Counted from the stretch's first letter, positions 50,589 through 62,088 are shown. The stretch is 64,000 bases of DNA from Prochlorococcus sp. AG-436-D21 (GCA_003212655.1 QCPF01000003.1:4952-68951); one strand, 5' to 3'. Notes: generated from the letters alone by a model not told the origin. Numbers and translations are program-made.

Positions 50589-51899
50589 ATGCATATTGTT
50601 GTCGTCGGACTGAGTCATCGCACGGCACCTGTCGAAGTGCGTGAGAAGTTAAGTATTCCTGACCAATCCATAACAGAATCATTGAAAGCATTAAAAGCTT
50701 TCTCTGATGTATTAGAGGTTTCAATATTAAGTACTTGTAATAGGTTGGAAATATATGCGCTAGTAAAGGATAAAAATACTGGAATTTCATCTATTAAAGA
50801 ATTCATATCAGAATATTCCGGAATTGTTTTTGAAGATTTAAATCCACATCTTTTTTGCTTTAGACAGGAAGAAGCTGTTTTGCATTTGATGAAAGTATCG
50901 GCAGGACTCGATAGCCTCGTTTTAGGGGAAGGACAAATCCTTTCGCAGGTAAAAAAAATGATGAGATTAGGTCAAGAGAATCAATCTACTGGACCAATTC
51001 TTAATAGATTATTAACTCAATCAGTTAGTACAGGTAAAAAAGTAAGATCCGAAACAAATTTAGGAACTGGAGCTGTGTCAATCAGTTCAGCAGCGGTAGA
51101 ACTAGCTCAATTAAAAATTGGACAAGAAAAGGGTATTGATACTCTTGTAAGTTTGGAATCAGAGAACGTTCTTGTTGTTGGCGCCGGACGAATGAGCAGG
51201 CTTTTAATAACTCATTTAAAATCAAAAGGATGTCATAAACTTATTCTTTTAAATAGAAATATTGATAGAGCATTAAATCTTGCTCAAGACTTCCCTGATT
51301 TAGAGATTGTTTGTAAAGGGTTAAACGAATTAGAAGAAAACATATCATTATCTTCGCTTGTTTTCACTAGTACTGCTTCTGAAGAGCCAATTATTGATCT
51401 CACAAAAATTGAAAAAATAAATTTGAGTAATAGACTTAAATTTATTGATATTGGTGTACCGAGAAATATATCTAATGATGTCAAACAACATGAATTTGTA
51501 AAATCATTTGATGTTGATGACTTACAAGAGGTAGTTTCAAGAAATCAAGAATTTAGACAGAAAATAGCAAAGGAAGCGGAATCTTTAGTAGAAGAAGAAA
51601 GGATCATTTTTCTAGAATGGTGGGCAAGTTTAGAGGCTGTTCCAGTAATTAATAAACTTAGATCAGATTTGGAGTTAATTAGAAAAGAGGAATTGCAAAA
51701 AGCACTAAGCAGAATGGGACCAGATTTTTCGGCTCGAGAAAGAAAAGTTGTGGAAGCTCTGACTAAAGGAATAATTAATAAAATACTTCATACGCCAGTC
51801 ACTAAGTTGAGAAGTCCTCAATCAAGAGAAGAAAGACAAGTTTCTTTGAAAATCGTTGAAAAATTGTTTTCGTTGGTAGAAGAGGATAAAAATAACTAA
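50589..51899 (+). CDS. hemA: Glutamyl-tRNA reductase
   Basis: GLSHRTAPVEVRE, LSTCNRLE, GLDSLVLGEGQIL and DIGVPRN motifs. Confidence 0.97.
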   Translation: MHIVVVGLSHRTAPVEVREKLSIPDQSITESLKALKAFSDVLEVSILSTCNRLEIYALVKDKNTGISSIKEFISEYSGIVFEDLNPHLFCFRQEEAVLHLMKVSAGLDSLVLGEGQILSQVKKMMRLGQENQSTGPILNRLLTQSVSTGKKVRSETNLGTGAVSISSAAVELAQLKIGQEKGIDTLVSLESENVLVVGAGRMSRLLITHLKSKGCHKLILLNRNIDRALNLAQDFPDLEIVCKGLNELEENISLSSLVFTSTASEEPIIDLTKIEKINLSNRLKFIDIGVPRNISNDVKQHEFVKSFDVDDLQEVVSRNQEFRQKIAKEAESLVEEERIIFLEWWASLEAVPVINKLRSDLELIRKEELQKALSRMGPDFSARERKVVEALTKGIINKILHTPVTKLRSPQSREERQVSLKIVEKLFSLVEEDKNN

Positions 51900-52029
51900 C
51901 TTTTTTCGATTTATATTAAGTTTTTCCAGTGATTTATCGAAATACCTTTGTAAACTGACCATTTGTATTTCTAAATATGCCCATAATCAGTTACTTTAAG
52001 TAGTTGTATATCTATCTCCATTAGATTGA

Positions 52030-53325
52030 ATGAAGCGTGTGTTGGCCATAATCCTCGGGGGAGGAAAAGGTTCTAGACTTTACCCCTTAACAAAAATGAG
52101 GGCTAAACCTGCTGTGCCCTTGGCAGGTAAGTATCGTTTAATAGATATCCCAATTAGTAATTGTATAAATTCAGGCATTGAAAAAATGTATGTATTGACT
52201 CAGTTCAATAGTGCATCTCTAAATAGACATATAGGAAGAACCTATAATTTAAATGGTCCTTTTGGCCAAGGATTTGTGGAGGTTTTAGCCGCGCAACAGA
52301 CCCCTGATAGTCCTAAGTGGTTTGAAGGTACTGCTGATGCTGTAAGAAAATACCAATGGTTATTTCAAGAATGGGATGTTGATGAATATTTAATATTGTC
52401 AGGTGATCAACTGTACAGAATGGACTACAGTTTATTTGTTCAACATCATAGAGATAATGGTGCTGATTTAACTGTTGCAGCTTTGCCTGTTGATGAAGCT
52501 CAAGCAGAAGGTTTTGGCCTAATGAGAACCGATGATTTAGGAAATATAAAAGAATTCAGTGAAAAGCCTACTGGAGAGAAGTTGAAGGCTATGGCAGTAG
52601 ATACTTCAAAATTTGGATTAAGTAAGGAGTCAGCTGCCGAAAAACCATATCTAGCCTCTATGGGGATTTACGTTTTTAGCAGAAATACTCTCTTCGATCT
52701 ACTAAATAAATTCCCTAATTATACGGATTTTGGTAAGGACATAATTCCAGAAGCCCTCAATAGAGGTGATACTCTTAAAAGTTATGTATTCGATGATTAT
52801 TGGGAAGATATCGGCACAATTGGGGCATTCTTTGAGTCAAACCTTGCATTGACTGAGCAACCAAAACCTCCATTTAGTTTTTATGATGAAAAATTTCCAA
52901 TTTATACTAGACCTAGATTTTTACCCCCTTCCAAACTTGTAGATGCTCAAATTACTGATTCAATTGTTTGTGAAGGCACAATTTTGAAGTCATGCAGTAT
53001 TTTACATTGTGTTTTAGGTGTAAGAAGTAGGATTGAAAGTGACTCGGTTCTTGAGGATACTCTTGTTATGGGAGCCGATTTCTTTGAATCCCCTGAAGAG
53101 AGGATTGAATTAAGAAAAGGTGGTGGAACGCCTCTTGGAGTAGGTGAAGGGACTACTGTAAAAAGAGCAATTCTTGATAAGAATACAAGAATTGGTGATA
53201 ATGTCGTGATCATTAATAAAGATCGAGTAGAAGAAGCAGATAAGCCAGAATTAGGCTTTTATATCAGAAATGGAATTGTTGTAGTAGTTAAAAATGCAAC
53301 TATTGCAAACGGAACCGTTATTTAA
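52030..53325 (+). CDS. glgC: Glucose-1-phosphate adenylyltransferase
   Basis: [28 protein letters not shown] and YWEDIGT motifs. Confidence 0.97.
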   Translation: MKRVLAIILGGGKGSRLYPLTKMRAKPAVPLAGKYRLIDIPISNCINSGIEKMYVLTQFNSASLNRHIGRTYNLNGPFGQGFVEVLAAQQTPDSPKWFEGTADAVRKYQWLFQEWDVDEYLILSGDQLYRMDYSLFVQHHRDNGADLTVAALPVDEAQAEGFGLMRTDDLGNIKEFSEKPTGEKLKAMAVDTSKFGLSKESAAEKPYLASMGIYVFSRNTLFDLLNKFPNYTDFGKDIIPEALNRGDTLKSYVFDDYWEDIGTIGAFFESNLALTEQPKPPFSFYDEKFPIYTRPRFLPPSKLVDAQITDSIVCEGTILKSCSILHCVLGVRSRIESDSVLEDTLVMGADFFESPEERIELRKGGGTPLGVGEGTTVKRAILDKNTRIGDNVVIINKDRVEEADKPELGFYIRNGIVVVVKNATIANGTVI

Positions 53326-53420
53326 ATCTTTTCCATCATTTTTCGCTGACATAAGTATTTTTTTTGAGCAATTTTGCTGAGTTGCAGGCACACTATATTT
53401 ATTGAGTTTTTTAATTTTTT

Positions 53421-54839
53421 ATGTCCAAGGCACATTTTGGTTTAATAGGTCTTGGTGTTATGGGCGAAAATTTAGTTCTTAACGCAGAGAGAAATGGATT
53501 TTCTAGTGTAGTTTTTAATAGGACTTACTCAAAAACCGAAGAATTTTTACAAGGTCGTGGTCTTGGGAAGAATATAGAAGGAGCTGAAACTCTTCAGGAA
53601 TTTGTTAATAAGCTAGAGAGACCCAGAAGAATTCTGATGATGGTAAAAGCTGGGCCCGCAACAGATGCTGTTATTGACAATATTTCTGGATATCTCGAGG
53701 AAGGAGATTTATTAATAGATGGCGGCAACTCTCAATTTAAAGATACAGAAAGAAGGGTGAATACTCTTGAAAGTAAAAGTTTTGGGTACATTGGGATGGG
53801 AGTCTCTGGAGGGGCTAAAGGAGCTTTAGAGGGTCCAAGTATGATGCCCGGTGGGACTAAGGCTTCATATGATGCAATAGAAAGCTTATTAACAAAAATG
53901 GCTGCCAAAGTTGAAGACGGACCATGTGTTGCATATGTTGGACCAGGAGGCTCAGGTCATTTTGTGAAAACTGTTCATAACGGAATTGAATATGGAATTG
54001 AACAAATACTCGCAGAAGCTTATGACCTTATGAAGAGAGTCAAAGGTATGAATGGTCAGCAAATGTCAGAGGTATTTGGTATTTGGAATAATACTGATGA
54101 ATTAGCTTCTTATCTTGTTGAGATAACAGAGATTTGTCTAAATACAAAAGATGAGATAACTGGAGATGATGTTGTGGAAAAAATATTAGATAAAGCTGGC
54201 CAGAAAGGTACAGGGTTATGGACTGTTGTAAGCGCTCTAGAACTAGGGGTATCAGTACCAACTATTTATGCCTCTTTAAATGCAAGAGTAATGAGTTCCT
54301 TAAAAGAGCAACGTAGTGAGATTGAAAAAACTATTCCATCTAAAGAGATAGTGGATTTTGATTTAGGAAATATATCAGATGGAATGAAACCTTTATTTGA
54401 TGCTGTAGTCCTTGCCACAATTGCTAGCTATGCCCAGGGTATGGACATCTTAAGAGAAGCATCTGCAGTATATAACTATGGTTTGAATATGCCGTCAATT
54501 GCTCAAATATGGAAAGGTGGTTGCATAATTAGATCAAAATTATTAAGTAAAATTCAAGATGCTTATAACAAAGATCCAAATCTAAAAAATTTAATTTTTG
54601 ATGATTGGTTCAATAATGAAATTGCGATAAGATTAGATAACTTAGCTAAAGTTGTTTCTTTATCCACAAAAGCTGGCATACCAGTCCCATGTCTATCCAG
54701 TACCTTAGATTATTTGAATAGTTATAGAACTAATAGACTTCCTCAGAACCTTGTTCAGGCAATGAGAGACTGTTTTGGCTCTCATACATATGAAAGAATT
54801 GATAGGGAAGGTAGTTTTCATACTGAATGGATGAAATGA
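53421..54839 (+). CDS. gnd: NADP-dependent 6-phosphogluconate dehydrogenase
   Basis: GLGVMG, IDGGNS, VSGG, HFVKTVHNGIEYG, QKGTG and QAMRDCFGSHTY motifs. Confidence 0.97.
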   Translation: MSKAHFGLIGLGVMGENLVLNAERNGFSSVVFNRTYSKTEEFLQGRGLGKNIEGAETLQEFVNKLERPRRILMMVKAGPATDAVIDNISGYLEEGDLLIDGGNSQFKDTERRVNTLESKSFGYIGMGVSGGAKGALEGPSMMPGGTKASYDAIESLLTKMAAKVEDGPCVAYVGPGGSGHFVKTVHNGIEYGIEQILAEAYDLMKRVKGMNGQQMSEVFGIWNNTDELASYLVEITEICLNTKDEITGDDVVEKILDKAGQKGTGLWTVVSALELGVSVPTIYASLNARVMSSLKEQRSEIEKTIPSKEIVDFDLGNISDGMKPLFDAVVLATIASYAQGMDILREASAVYNYGLNMPSIAQIWKGGCIIRSKLLSKIQDAYNKDPNLKNLIFDDWFNNEIAIRLDNLAKVVSLSTKAGIPVPCLSSTLDYLNSYRTNRLPQNLVQAMRDCFGSHTYERIDREGSFHTEWMK

Positions 54840-55564
54840 TTGAAAAGGTTAAAAATGGATACACACTTAACATTTACAAAGACAAGTTAGAGCTATCTAC
54901 AGCGGTTTTTAAGTTTATTGAAAGTCATATTTTTCATACTTTAAAAAAGAAAGAAAGGTTCAAATTTTGTGTAAGTGGAGGTTCAACTCCTAAATCTGTC
55001 TATAAGCTTTTATCAAAAAGTGATCTTAGATGGGATATGGTTGATGTCTTTTTAGGGGATGAAAGATGTGTTGATCCAAATTCAGAATTGAGTAACTCGT
55101 TAATGTTGAAGAATTCATTGTTAACTAATTTTGGATCTAAAGCTTTTTTTTATGAAATTTTCAATGATTTAAATGCTGATGATGAAGCTACAAAAAATCA
55201 ATTTATTTCTAAATTATTTGAAAAATGCGGATCAAGCCCTCCAACTTTTGATTTAACATTATTAGGTCTTGGAGACGATGGTCATACAGCCTCACTGTTC
55301 CCTTTTCAAAAAAATAATAATATAGATGATTTTGTTATTTTTAATGAAGGTAAAGGTCTAAAAAGAATTTCATTAACTCCAAAGGTTCTTTCTGCTTCTT
55401 CAAAAATAGTATTTTTAGTTAGTGGAACTTCTAAAAGAATTGCTCTTGAGAGGTTATTAGATGAAAAAGAGCCACCAGATAGGACACCATCAAAATTAAT
55501 AAAATCTATTAATCAAATTTCAATATTTTGTGATCAGGAATCAGCAAAAGAATTAGAAATTTAG
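54836..55564 (+). CDS. pgl: 6-phosphogluconolactonase
   Basis: SGGSTP, GDERCV and LGLGDDGHTASLFP motifs; ATGA overlap with gnd. Confidence 0.95.
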   Translation: MIEKVKNGYTLNIYKDKLELSTAVFKFIESHIFHTLKKKERFKFCVSGGSTPKSVYKLLSKSDLRWDMVDVFLGDERCVDPNSELSNSLMLKNSLLTNFGSKAFFYEIFNDLNADDEATKNQFISKLFEKCGSSPPTFDLTLLGLGDDGHTASLFPFQKNNNIDDFVIFNEGKGLKRISLTPKVLSASSKIVFLVSGTSKRIALERLLDEKEPPDRTPSKLIKSINQISIFCDQESAKELEI

Positions 55565-55594
55565 TTAAAGTCTATTAATAATTTAAATTATTTA

Positions 55595-56143
55595 ATGAGT
55601 AAGAAAAAATTTTTATTCCAGAAAAAGGAGTTCGATGGTTGGAAAACATTAAATGATACTGTTATGGGCGGATCAAGTTCGGCTTCTTGTGAAATTTCAA
55701 ATTCGGGTTTGATATTAAAGGGTAATATTGTCGAGAAAGCAGGAGGATTTGTTAGTTGTAGATCGTCTATATATAAACCTTCTTTAAATGTATCTGAATA
55801 TTCATCCTTTGAATTAAATATTGATGGACAAGGAAGAACTTTTAAATTTGCTGTCGCTTGTGAAGATGATCTACTAGGACTAACCGAATTTATTCCGGGT
55901 GGACTTAGATGGATTAAATCATTCCCAACAAAAAAATTTGGGACAACAAATATTCAAATTCCTTTTAGTGAGTTAAAACCTTCAGTAAGAGCTAATAAAG
56001 TACGTTTTCCATTTAAATTCAAGCCATCTAAAATTAAAAGATTGCAACTACTACACTCTAAGTTCGGTGATGATGGATTACTTAATAATGAGTTTAAACA
56101 GGGTTCAATAAAAGTTTTAATTAAATCAATAAGTGTTATTTGA
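55595..56143 (+). CDS. CIA30 family protein
   Basis: WKTLNDTVMGGSS and GGFVSCR motifs. Confidence 0.85.
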   Translation: MSKKKFLFQKKEFDGWKTLNDTVMGGSSSASCEISNSGLILKGNIVEKAGGFVSCRSSIYKPSLNVSEYSSFELNIDGQGRTFKFAVACEDDLLGLTEFIPGGLRWIKSFPTKKFGTTNIQIPFSELKPSVRANKVRFPFKFKPSKIKRLQLLHSKFGDDGLLNNEFKQGSIKVLIKSISVI

Positions 56144-56519
56144 AAATCCACCTAAAAAAATAGAGAGCTTGATCGCTAAGTCAGCAGATTTAACAAATAA
56201 ACCCTTTGTTCATTCTGTAGTAAAAATAAATGGTGAATACGAATTCGAAGATGAAGATATTGATTTAACAGTTAATATCTTATGTCGAGATAAAGAAGGT
56301 AAAAGATTAGAAATTTATGATCTTGAATTAGAACTTTTTAAATCAAATAAAGAGTTGGTTTTAGTAATCTCTAAGCTTAACTTCCCTGATGAACCAATAT
56401 TATGGTGTGGAGTTAAAACATTATGGATGGATAGCAATAATGGGAAAAAATGCAACTCACCAAAATACAGTGCTAGATTGGAAAATTTAGCAAATAGGAT
56501 AAAAAGTTTTATTGATTAA
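56133..56519 (+). CDS. Conserved hypothetical protein
   Basis: 128-aa ORF co-oriented with the operon; ADL..KPFVHSV and PILWCG...WMD segments. Confidence 0.78.
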   Translation: MLFENPPKKIESLIAKSADLTNKPFVHSVVKINGEYEFEDEDIDLTVNILCRDKEGKRLEIYDLELELFKSNKELVLVISKLNFPDEPILWCGVKTLWMDSNNGKKCNSPKYSARLENLANRIKSFID

Positions 56520-56540
56520 GGAAATAAAATTTGAGCTGAT

Positions 56541-58214
56541 TTATAAATCAGTAACAGCCCCTAAACTTGATGTACTTACGATTCTCGAATATTTCGAAAG
56601 AATTCCTCTTTTGTATTTTTGAATAGGTTTTACCCAATCTTTTTTTCTTTTTTCTAATTCTTCGTCAGATAAATCAACTTCAATTAGTTGTTTTACAGCA
56701 TCTACTGTAATTAAATCACCTTGTTTTATAAGAGCAATATTTCCTCCTACAGCGGCCTCTGGAGCTATGTGACCCACAACAAGACCATAGGTACCCCCGC
56801 TAAATCTGCCATCGGTAATTAAAGCCACCTTCTCCCCTAGCCCTTGACCGACAATCGCAGATGTTGGAGCTAACATTTCTCTCATGCCTGGACCTCCTAC
56901 AGGACCTTCGTTTCTAATAACAACAACATCACCAGCTTTGATATCGTTATTTAATATCGATTTTAAACAATCCTCTTCACTTTCAAAAATCTTTGCGGGA
57001 CCTGTTAATACAGGGTTTTTTACGCCGCTAATTTTGGCTACAGAACCTTCGCTTGCTAAGTTACCTTTTAATATCGCTAGATGTCCTTTTTTATAAAGCG
57101 GGTCATCTATATCTCTTATGACATTTTGATTTGTTGGAGGCTTATCTGGAATATTCTGTAAGTATTCTGAGATGGTTTTGCCTTCAATGTTTTTGCAATC
57201 ACCATGAATTAATCCTGCATTCAAAAGTATTTTCATTACTTGTGGAATCCCGCCTGCCTTATGAAGATCTACCGTCACATATTTACCACTCGGTTTAAGG
57301 TCACAAATAACGGGTACTTTTTGTCTGATTCTCTCAAAATCATTAATGTTGATATCTATTCCTGCAGTATTCGCAATAGCTAGGATGTGCAGTACCGCAT
57401 TTGTTGATCCGCCAATTGCCATAATTACTGATATTGCATTTTCAAATGCTTTCTTTGTCATTAGGTCTAGAGGTCTTATATCTTTTTCTATTGCAGATAC
57501 TAATATCTCAGCACTTTTATCAGCACTTAGTTCTTTTTCAAGATCTTCAGCAGCCATAGTGGAACTGTGAGGAAGACTTAACCCTAATACTTCAATAACC
57601 GCAGACATTGTATTAGCAGTAAACATTCCTCCACAGCTACCAGCACCAGGAATACAATTTTTCTCAACTTGGATTAGCCTTTCTTCATTAATTTTGCCTG
57701 ATGTTAATTGTCCAACAGCTTCAAATGCACTAACAACAGTAAGATCTTCTCCATGCAATTTCCCAGGCTTTATTGTCCCTCCGTAAATGAAAATTGAGGG
57801 AATATTCATTCTTGCAATCGCAATCATGGCACCTGGCATATTTTTATCACATCCACCTATGGCAAGTACTCCATCCATACTCTGAGCATTGCATGCTGTT
57901 TCAATTGAATCAGCAATAACTTCTCTTGAAACTAGGGAATATTTCATTCCCTCTGTTCCCATAGAAATCCCATCACTTACTGTTATAGTCCCAAACATCT
58001 GAGGCATCCCACCTGATCTTTTTATAGACTCTTCAGCTTTTAGAGCTAACTTATTTAAACCCATATTGCATGGTGTTATGGTGCTGTATCCATTTGCAAC
58101 TCCAATAATAGGTTTATTAAAATCTTCATCATTAAATCCAACAGCTCTTAACATCGATCTGTTAGGTGATCTTTGCACACCTTGGGTTATTGCAGATGAT
58201 CTGAGTTTATTCAT
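56541..58214 (-). CDS. ilvD: Dihydroxy-acid dehydratase
   Basis: [29 protein letters not shown] and TDGRFSGG motifs. Confidence 0.97.
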   Translation of the reverse strand: MNKLRSSAITQGVQRSPNRSMLRAVGFNDEDFNKPIIGVANGYSTITPCNMGLNKLALKAEESIKRSGGMPQMFGTITVSDGISMGTEGMKYSLVSREVIADSIETACNAQSMDGVLAIGGCDKNMPGAMIAIARMNIPSIFIYGGTIKPGKLHGEDLTVVSAFEAVGQLTSGKINEERLIQVEKNCIPGAGSCGGMFTANTMSAVIEVLGLSLPHSSTMAAEDLEKELSADKSAEILVSAIEKDIRPLDLMTKKAFENAISVIMAIGGSTNAVLHILAIANTAGIDININDFERIRQKVPVICDLKPSGKYVTVDLHKAGGIPQVMKILLNAGLIHGDCKNIEGKTISEYLQNIPDKPPTNQNVIRDIDDPLYKKGHLAILKGNLASEGSVAKISGVKNPVLTGPAKIFESEEDCLKSILNNDIKAGDVVVIRNEGPVGGPGMREMLAPTSAIVGQGLGEKVALITDGRFSGGTYGLVVGHIAPEAAVGGNIALIKQGDLITVDAVKQLIEVDLSDEELEKRKKDWVKPIQKYKRGILSKYSRIVSTSSLGAVTDL

Positions 58215-58237
58215 ATTATTTGAGAACCTTTTTTATT

Positions 58238-58528
58238 CTATTGCCCCAACTCTTCAAGTTGCTTCCTCACATCAGCAATTGCAGAATTAAGTTGTTCAAC
58301 TTTCTTCTCCAGATTCTCTCCTTCAACTTCATTTATATTTTCATTTGAATCAATCGCTTCTGAGCCATCTTGAATTCTGGAGGAATACATCATTGCTTTT
58401 TGTTTTTTTTCCTCCTTTCTTTTGTCTGCTTCGGATATTAACCACCAAGCTAGACCTGCTGCTCCAATAAAAGCACCGCTTATTAATGATAAAAGATTAT
58501 TTGAAGACGAATCTCTGTATTCAGACAT
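58238..58528 (-). CDS. Hypothetical protein with N-terminal TM and C-terminal coiled coil
   Basis: ISGAFIGAAGLAWWL and LEKKVEQLNSAIADVRKQL segments. Confidence 0.8.
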   Translation of the reverse strand: MSEYRDSSSNNLLSLISGAFIGAAGLAWWLISEADKRKEEKKQKAMMYSSRIQDGSEAIDSNENINEVEGENLEKKVEQLNSAIADVRKQLEELGQ

Positions 58529-58557
58529 TGGTAAAATATTTACTCCTTTATTCTATA

Positions 58558-59175
58558 TTAGTTCTTATCTTGAAATATAGTACTTAAACGCGATAGAGGA
58601 TTCCCAATACCCGGTACTAATAATTGTGTCTTTTCGTCTTCCTCATCTATGCAAGAAGTGTAAATTACCTGATTAGGGAGTAATTTCGCAATTTCATTTA
58701 ATCCTTTATTTGAGCAAATAGCAGTTATTAAAAGAATCCTATTTGAATCAACACCTAATTCCTTTAATTTAATTAAAGTTTCTAATGTTGTTGATTTTGT
58801 TGTTATTTGTTCTGAATAAAATATAACTCCTTCATTTGATTCAAAAGTTTTAGGAAGTTCTCCTAATGAGAGAGTTGAATTAGGAATTACTTCTTTAGAT
58901 CCAAACCAAAGAGATAACCCTTCGGGTAACATTGCGAGCACTTTTATTGGATAATCATTATTAATAAAGAATCCATCTGTGTCTCCATTATCAGTATTTA
59001 CTATTTCTTTTTTATATGGCAGCCAATTACGTAATGCTTCATATGTAAGCCATTTTCCTAATTGCTCATATCCAGTTGAGTACAAAATGTTTGGAGTATT
59101 TTTTTCTCGCAATATTGAAAGCCAATGTTTTATTAATGGATGAGGAGGAACAATAACCTTTAGTGACATTGCCAT
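58558..59175 (-). CDS. upp: Uracil phosphoribosyltransferase homologue (degenerate motifs)
   Basis: PHPLIKHWLSILR, LTYEA and ID.......VPGIG motifs; PRPP motif diverged. Confidence 0.75.
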   Translation of the reverse strand: MAMSLKVIVPPHPLIKHWLSILREKNTPNILYSTGYEQLGKWLTYEALRNWLPYKKEIVNTDNGDTDGFFINNDYPIKVLAMLPEGLSLWFGSKEVIPNSTLSLGELPKTFESNEGVIFYSEQITTKSTTLETLIKLKELGVDSNRILLITAICSNKGLNEIAKLLPNQVIYTSCIDEEDEKTQLLVPGIGNPLSRLSTIFQDKN

Positions 59176-59238
59176 ATATTTTCCTTTAAAATACTTTTAC
59201 AAACTTTAAATACTTAAGTTCTAAAATACAGTCTTATT

Positions 59239-59751
59239 ATGATTAAATCAATTGTTTCCCCCTCACTAAAGAATGCACTAATTACTTTGTTATTCGTTGG
59301 AATTTTATTTTTTAATTCTGTAAATTCTGCATGGGCTAAAAGACCTCCTGAGATTAGAAACCAGCAAGACCTTAATTTAGAGCCAGATATGCATGGTCAA
59401 GACTTAAGCGGTAACGAATACGTTAAGTTTGATTTGAATGGGTTTAATTTCAGTGAAAGTAATTTAGAAGGCGCGGTGTTCAATAATAGTAAATTGCAAA
59501 ACTCAAAGTTTACTGGAGCCAATTTAAGAGATGCACTAGCTTACGCAACAGACTTTACAGATGCGGATCTTTCGGATGTTAATTTTACAAATGCTTTATT
59601 AATGGAGAGCAATTTTGAAGGAGCAAAAATAGATGGTGCAGATTTTACTGATGCTGTTCTTAGTCGTACACAACAAAAACAACTATGTGCGATCGCTAAT
59701 GGCACAAATAGTTCTACAGGAGAGAGTACAGAATATAGCTTGGGTTGTTAA
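59239..59751 (+). CDS. Pentapeptide repeat protein (exported or lumenal)
   Basis: Signal peptide, A(D/N)LXX repeats, C-terminal Cys pair. Confidence 0.92.
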   Translation: MIKSIVSPSLKNALITLLFVGILFFNSVNSAWAKRPPEIRNQQDLNLEPDMHGQDLSGNEYVKFDLNGFNFSESNLEGAVFNNSKLQNSKFTGANLRDALAYATDFTDADLSDVNFTNALLMESNFEGAKIDGADFTDAVLSRTQQKQLCAIANGTNSSTGESTEYSLGC

Positions 59752-59760
59752 TCATCAAAG

Positions 59761-60825
59761 ATGAAAAAAAAAATACCAGTTATAGTTGTTTCGGGATTTC
59801 TTGGCTCAGGTAAAACAACTTTTCTAAGATATCTATTAAAAGAAAGTAATAAAAAATTTGGTTTAATAATTAATGAATTTGGTGATGTTGGAATTGACGG
59901 TGATTTGATTAAAAGTTGTGATAAATGTGATGAATCTGAAGACGACTGCGTTATCGAATTAAACAATGGATGTTTATGTTGTACTGTTCAAGATGATTTT
60001 GTTCCATCAATAAAAGCTCTCCTAGAATTTAATCCTCCTATCGAATCAATAATTATCGAAACAAGTGGATTGGCACTACCAATTCCCTTAATTCAAGCAC
60101 TTAATTGGCCTGAGATTAGGTCTTCCATCTACCTTGATGTTGTTGTTGGCATTGTTAATGGAGAATCAATGCTTAATGGTTCACCAATTAATGATTTAAA
60201 TAAAATAACAAAACAATATAATGAAACAGATAAAATTGATCACAACGCCACTATAGATGAACTTTTTGAGGAGCAACTAGAAGTTTCTGATATCGTTTTA
60301 GTCTCAAGATCAGATATCTTAAATGATGATCAGTTTAACGTTGTAAAAAATAAAATTCAAGGAAGTCTAAACTCATCTACACCAGTCCTTAAATCTAAGA
60401 ATGGCAAAATTGATTTAAATTATCTATTCGACTTTAATTTAAAAAAAGAGACTTATAAAGAATTTTTAACTGAAGAACATGACCATAATCATGTTGAGCT
60501 TGTATCAGATTCATTTAAATTAAATTATTTCCTTGAAAAAAATGACTTTGAAAAGGAGATGACAAAAATCTTGGATGAACTAAACATTCTTCGAATAAAA
60601 GGACGTATTTGGATACCAAACAAATCATTACCTTTACAAATACAAATTGTCGGCAAGAAAATTAATACTTGGTTTGAAGAAGCTCCAGACAATTGTTGGA
60701 GACCAAATGATAATGCTGGGCTTGAATTAGTAATAATTTCTTTTGATGAAAAATCTATAAAAACTTTCAATAGAAAAATTAAAGAGAAATTTAAGATTTT
60801 AAGTGATCCAAAAATAGCAATTTGA
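59761..60825 (+). CDS. cobW: CobW/COG0523 family GTPase metallochaperone
   Basis: GFLGSGKTT, INEFG, ELNNGCLCC, IETSGLA, short His tract and LRIKG motifs. Confidence 0.88.
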   Translation: MKKKIPVIVVSGFLGSGKTTFLRYLLKESNKKFGLIINEFGDVGIDGDLIKSCDKCDESEDDCVIELNNGCLCCTVQDDFVPSIKALLEFNPPIESIIIETSGLALPIPLIQALNWPEIRSSIYLDVVVGIVNGESMLNGSPINDLNKITKQYNETDKIDHNATIDELFEEQLEVSDIVLVSRSDILNDDQFNVVKNKIQGSLNSSTPVLKSKNGKIDLNYLFDFNLKKETYKEFLTEEHDHNHVELVSDSFKLNYFLEKNDFEKEMTKILDELNILRIKGRIWIPNKSLPLQIQIVGKKINTWFEEAPDNCWRPNDNAGLELVIISFDEKSIKTFNRKIKEKFKILSDPKIAI

Positions 60826-60871
60826 CTTTATAGTTAGCTGTCGGGATACTTACTACAGTAGACAGCCCAAT

Positions 60872-61036
60872 ATGGAAAATCCAAAAATTGCTTTAAAACA
60901 AATAATCTCTGACGACGTTACATCAATTGATAAAATAAAATGTTCAAAATGTGGAGGGTCAGGAAATTTCAAAACTCATGAAAATTCAAGAAGAACTTGC
61001 TTAGTTTGTTTTGGTAGAGGCTTCATAAACATTTAA
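60872..61036 (+). CDS. 54-aa DnaJ-type zinc-finger microprotein
   Basis: Manual translation containing CSKCGGSG and CLVCFGRG (two CxxCxGxG). Confidence 0.75.
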   Translation: MENPKIALKQIISDDVTSIDKIKCSKCGGSGNFKTHENSRRTCLVCFGRGFINI

Positions 61037-61133
61037 TAACTCAGAAAACCTTGAGGTAAAAATATTTGTTTATTAATCAATAGTACTTTTTATAAAAATT
61101 TAAACTAATCTTCTAGTAGAAATTAATTTTTAA

Positions 61134-61388
61134 TTGGACCAATTTGCTGTAAAAGTTTTTGTAAGACTGAGACCCTCAGTTTTAGATCCAGCAGGGGAAG
61201 CTGCCAAATCTGCTTCTATAAAACTTGGAGCCGAGGGAATTAAATCATTACGTATAGGAAAAATGATTGAGGTAAAAATAGAAGGTAATGGTGAAAACGA
61301 AGTAAGAGAAAAAATTGATTTATTGTGTGATAGGTTATTCGCAAATACTGTTATTGAAGATTATGAGTATTCACTAGAAAAATTATAA
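61134..61388 (+). CDS. purS: Phosphoribosylformylglycinamidine synthase subunit PurS
   Basis: [15 protein letters not shown] and [10 protein letters not shown] motifs. Confidence 0.94.
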   Translation: MDQFAVKVFVRLRPSVLDPAGEAAKSASIKLGAEGIKSLRIGKMIEVKIEGNGENEVREKIDLLCDRLFANTVIEDYEYSLEKL

Positions 61389-61389
61389 G

Positions 61390-62055
61390 ATGGATAATTT
61401 TACTGTAGGAGTTGTTGTCTTCCCTGGTTCTAATTGTGATCGTGATGTTTCATGGGCATTGGAAGGTTGTTTAGACATAAGAACAAAATACTTGTGGCAT
61501 GAGTCTTCAGATTTAAGTGATGTAGATGCAATAGTTTTACCTGGAGGATTTAGCTATGGTGATTATTTAAGATGCGGAGCAATTGCGAGATTCTCTCCAT
61601 TAATAAATGCCTTGGATGAGTTTGTTAAAAGCGGGAAAAGAGTTTTAGGAATTTGTAATGGGTTTCAAATTTTGACAGAATCGGGGTTTTTGCCTGGTGC
61701 CCTTACTGCAAATAAAAATCTTAATTTCATCTGTGATGATGTTGAACTTGATATAGTTTCTTCAAAAGGAGGTTGGTTCAATAATGTAGATGAAAAACAA
61801 ACAATTAAGTTGCCAATAGCGCATGGGGAAGGAAGATATCATTGTGATTCTGATACTTTAAAGAAACTTGTAGATAATGAATTGATCGCTTTAAGATATA
61901 AAAATAATCCCAATGGATCCTCATTCGATATCGCAGGCATAACTAATGAGAAGGGAAATGTTCTAGGTTTAATGCCTCATCCAGAGCGAGCATGCGACGA
62001 GACAATTGGTGGGACTGATGGTCTCTTTACATTAAAATCATTAATATTGAAATAA
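61390..62055 (+). CDS. purQ: Phosphoribosylformylglycinamidine synthase subunit PurQ
   Basis: [24 protein letters not shown] and MPHPER motifs. Confidence 0.97.
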   Translation: MDNFTVGVVVFPGSNCDRDVSWALEGCLDIRTKYLWHESSDLSDVDAIVLPGGFSYGDYLRCGAIARFSPLINALDEFVKSGKRVLGICNGFQILTESGFLPGALTANKNLNFICDDVELDIVSSKGGWFNNVDEKQTIKLPIAHGEGRYHCDSDTLKKLVDNELIALRYKNNPNGSSFDIAGITNEKGNVLGLMPHPERACDETIGGTDGLFTLKSLILK

Positions 62056-62088
62056 AAAAAAGACCCCCAATTTTGGAGGTCTTTTTTT
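62054..62088. terminator. Bidirectional Rho-independent terminator between purQ and fba
   Basis: A-tract, agacccccaattttggaggtct hairpin, T-tract; lies between convergent genes. Confidence 0.85.

Noticed and set aside
59400-59660. Repetitive-looking DNA
   Set aside because: Explained by protein-level pentapeptide repeats; not a CRISPR array or DNA repeat
59689-59696. HIP1 octamer GCGATCGC
   Set aside because: The only copy I noticed, and it lies within a CDS; no enrichment
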